Origin: Laetmonice hystrix
Taxonomy: Eukaryota
NCBI GenBank assembly: GCA_965235115.1
Contig: OZ249436.1
Coordinates: 186,001-250,000 of the forward strand
DNA: 64,000 nt
Reading direction: 5' to 3'
Shown here: piece by piece, positions 62,997 to 64,000 of the stretch
Layout: each line of letters begins with the position of its first letter
How positions within the stretch are numbered: position 1 is the stretch's first letter
Made by a program: the position numbers and the translations under genes
Notes under the pieces: model-generated
What the model was told of the DNA's origin: nothing
The model's database searches: none
Seen by the model: the letters and a program-made list of their open reading frames with translations, nothing else

Positions 62997-63747
62997 CATG
63001 TTACTTTGTGAACCACAGACGTTGGTTTGTGTCATACCTGCTACATGTTACTTTGTGAACCATAGACGTTGGTTTGTGTCATACCTGCTACATGTTACTT
63101 TGTGAACCATAGACGTTGGCTTGTGTCATACCTGCTACATGTTACTTTGTGAACCACAGACGTTGGTTTGTGTCATACCTGCTACATGTTACTTTGTGAA
63201 CCACAGACGTTGGTTTGTGTCATACCTGCTACATGTTACTTTGTGAACCACAGACGTTGGTTTGTGTCATACCTGCTACATGTTACTTTGTGAACCATAG
63301 ACGTTGGTTTGTGTCATACCTGCTACATGTTACTTTGTGAACCATAGACGTTGGTTTGTGTCATACCTGCTACATGTTACTTTGTGAACCATAGACGTTG
63401 GCTTGTGTCATACCTGCTACATGTTACTTTGTGAACCATAGACGTTGGTTTGTGTCATACCTGCTACATGTTACTTTGTGAACCACAGACGTTGGTTTGT
63501 GTCATACCTGCTACATGTTACTTTGTGAACCATAGACGTTGGTTTGTGTCATACCTGCTACATGTTATTTTGTGAACCATAGACGTTGGTTTGTGTCATA
63601 CCTGCTACATGTTACTTTGTGAACCATAGACGTTGGTTTGTGTCATACCTGCTACATGTTACTTTGTGAACCATAGACGTTGGTTTGTGTCATACCTGCT
63701 ACATGTTACTTTGTGAACCATAGACGTTGGTTTGTGTCATACCTGCT
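62997..63747. repeat. 47-bp minisatellite, ~16 copies
   Basis: Unit CATGTTACTTTGTGAACCA(C/T)AGACGTTGGTTTGTGTCATACCTGCTA. Confidence 0.95.
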
Positions 63748-64000
63748 CCATTTTAAACGCTCATAAAAGTTGTATCCACTTACACACACCCACACACCCG
63801 CACACACACCCCCCCCCCCCACACACACACACAATAAAATCAGATTTATAGTAAATTTAGAGAGAACAATATCGAAAGAGAACGAATCACCCCATGAGGT
63901 TCTGATATAGAAGATTCTACGGAATAAAAGTCTATGGGAGTCGATATGACTGACTGACTGACCGTGAGACAGCACTGGTCCTTGGAGACAGCGTTCACGT

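Overview
Eukaryotic (metazoan, invertebrate-like) genomic DNA with GT-AG introns and no prokaryotic organisation. Three spliced genes can be read by hand. (1) The 3' exons of a + strand Ca-binding EGF-repeat gene (1.3-7.9 kb), including one broken exon. (2) Seven in-phase 5' exons of DNA ligase 1 (19163-40618), with the N-terminal PIP box MAQRSIMSFF, the histone-H3K9-mimic TARK motif and an E2F site just upstream. (3) The last two coding exons of a - strand collagen-C1q gene (62720-46511), which lies where the remaining LIG1 exons would be expected. Roughly 45% of the window (estimated from array coordinates) is tandem repeat: about 18 mostly unrelated minisatellites, many touching or starting at exon boundaries, the largest a 12.8-kb array inside a LIG1 intron. 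The rest is rich in non-autonomous elements: a 3.8-kb nested palindrome, several MITEs and tRNA-derived SINEs. Most long ORFs in the supplied track are repeat translations. No transposase, reverse transcriptase, CRISPR array or rRNA was seen.
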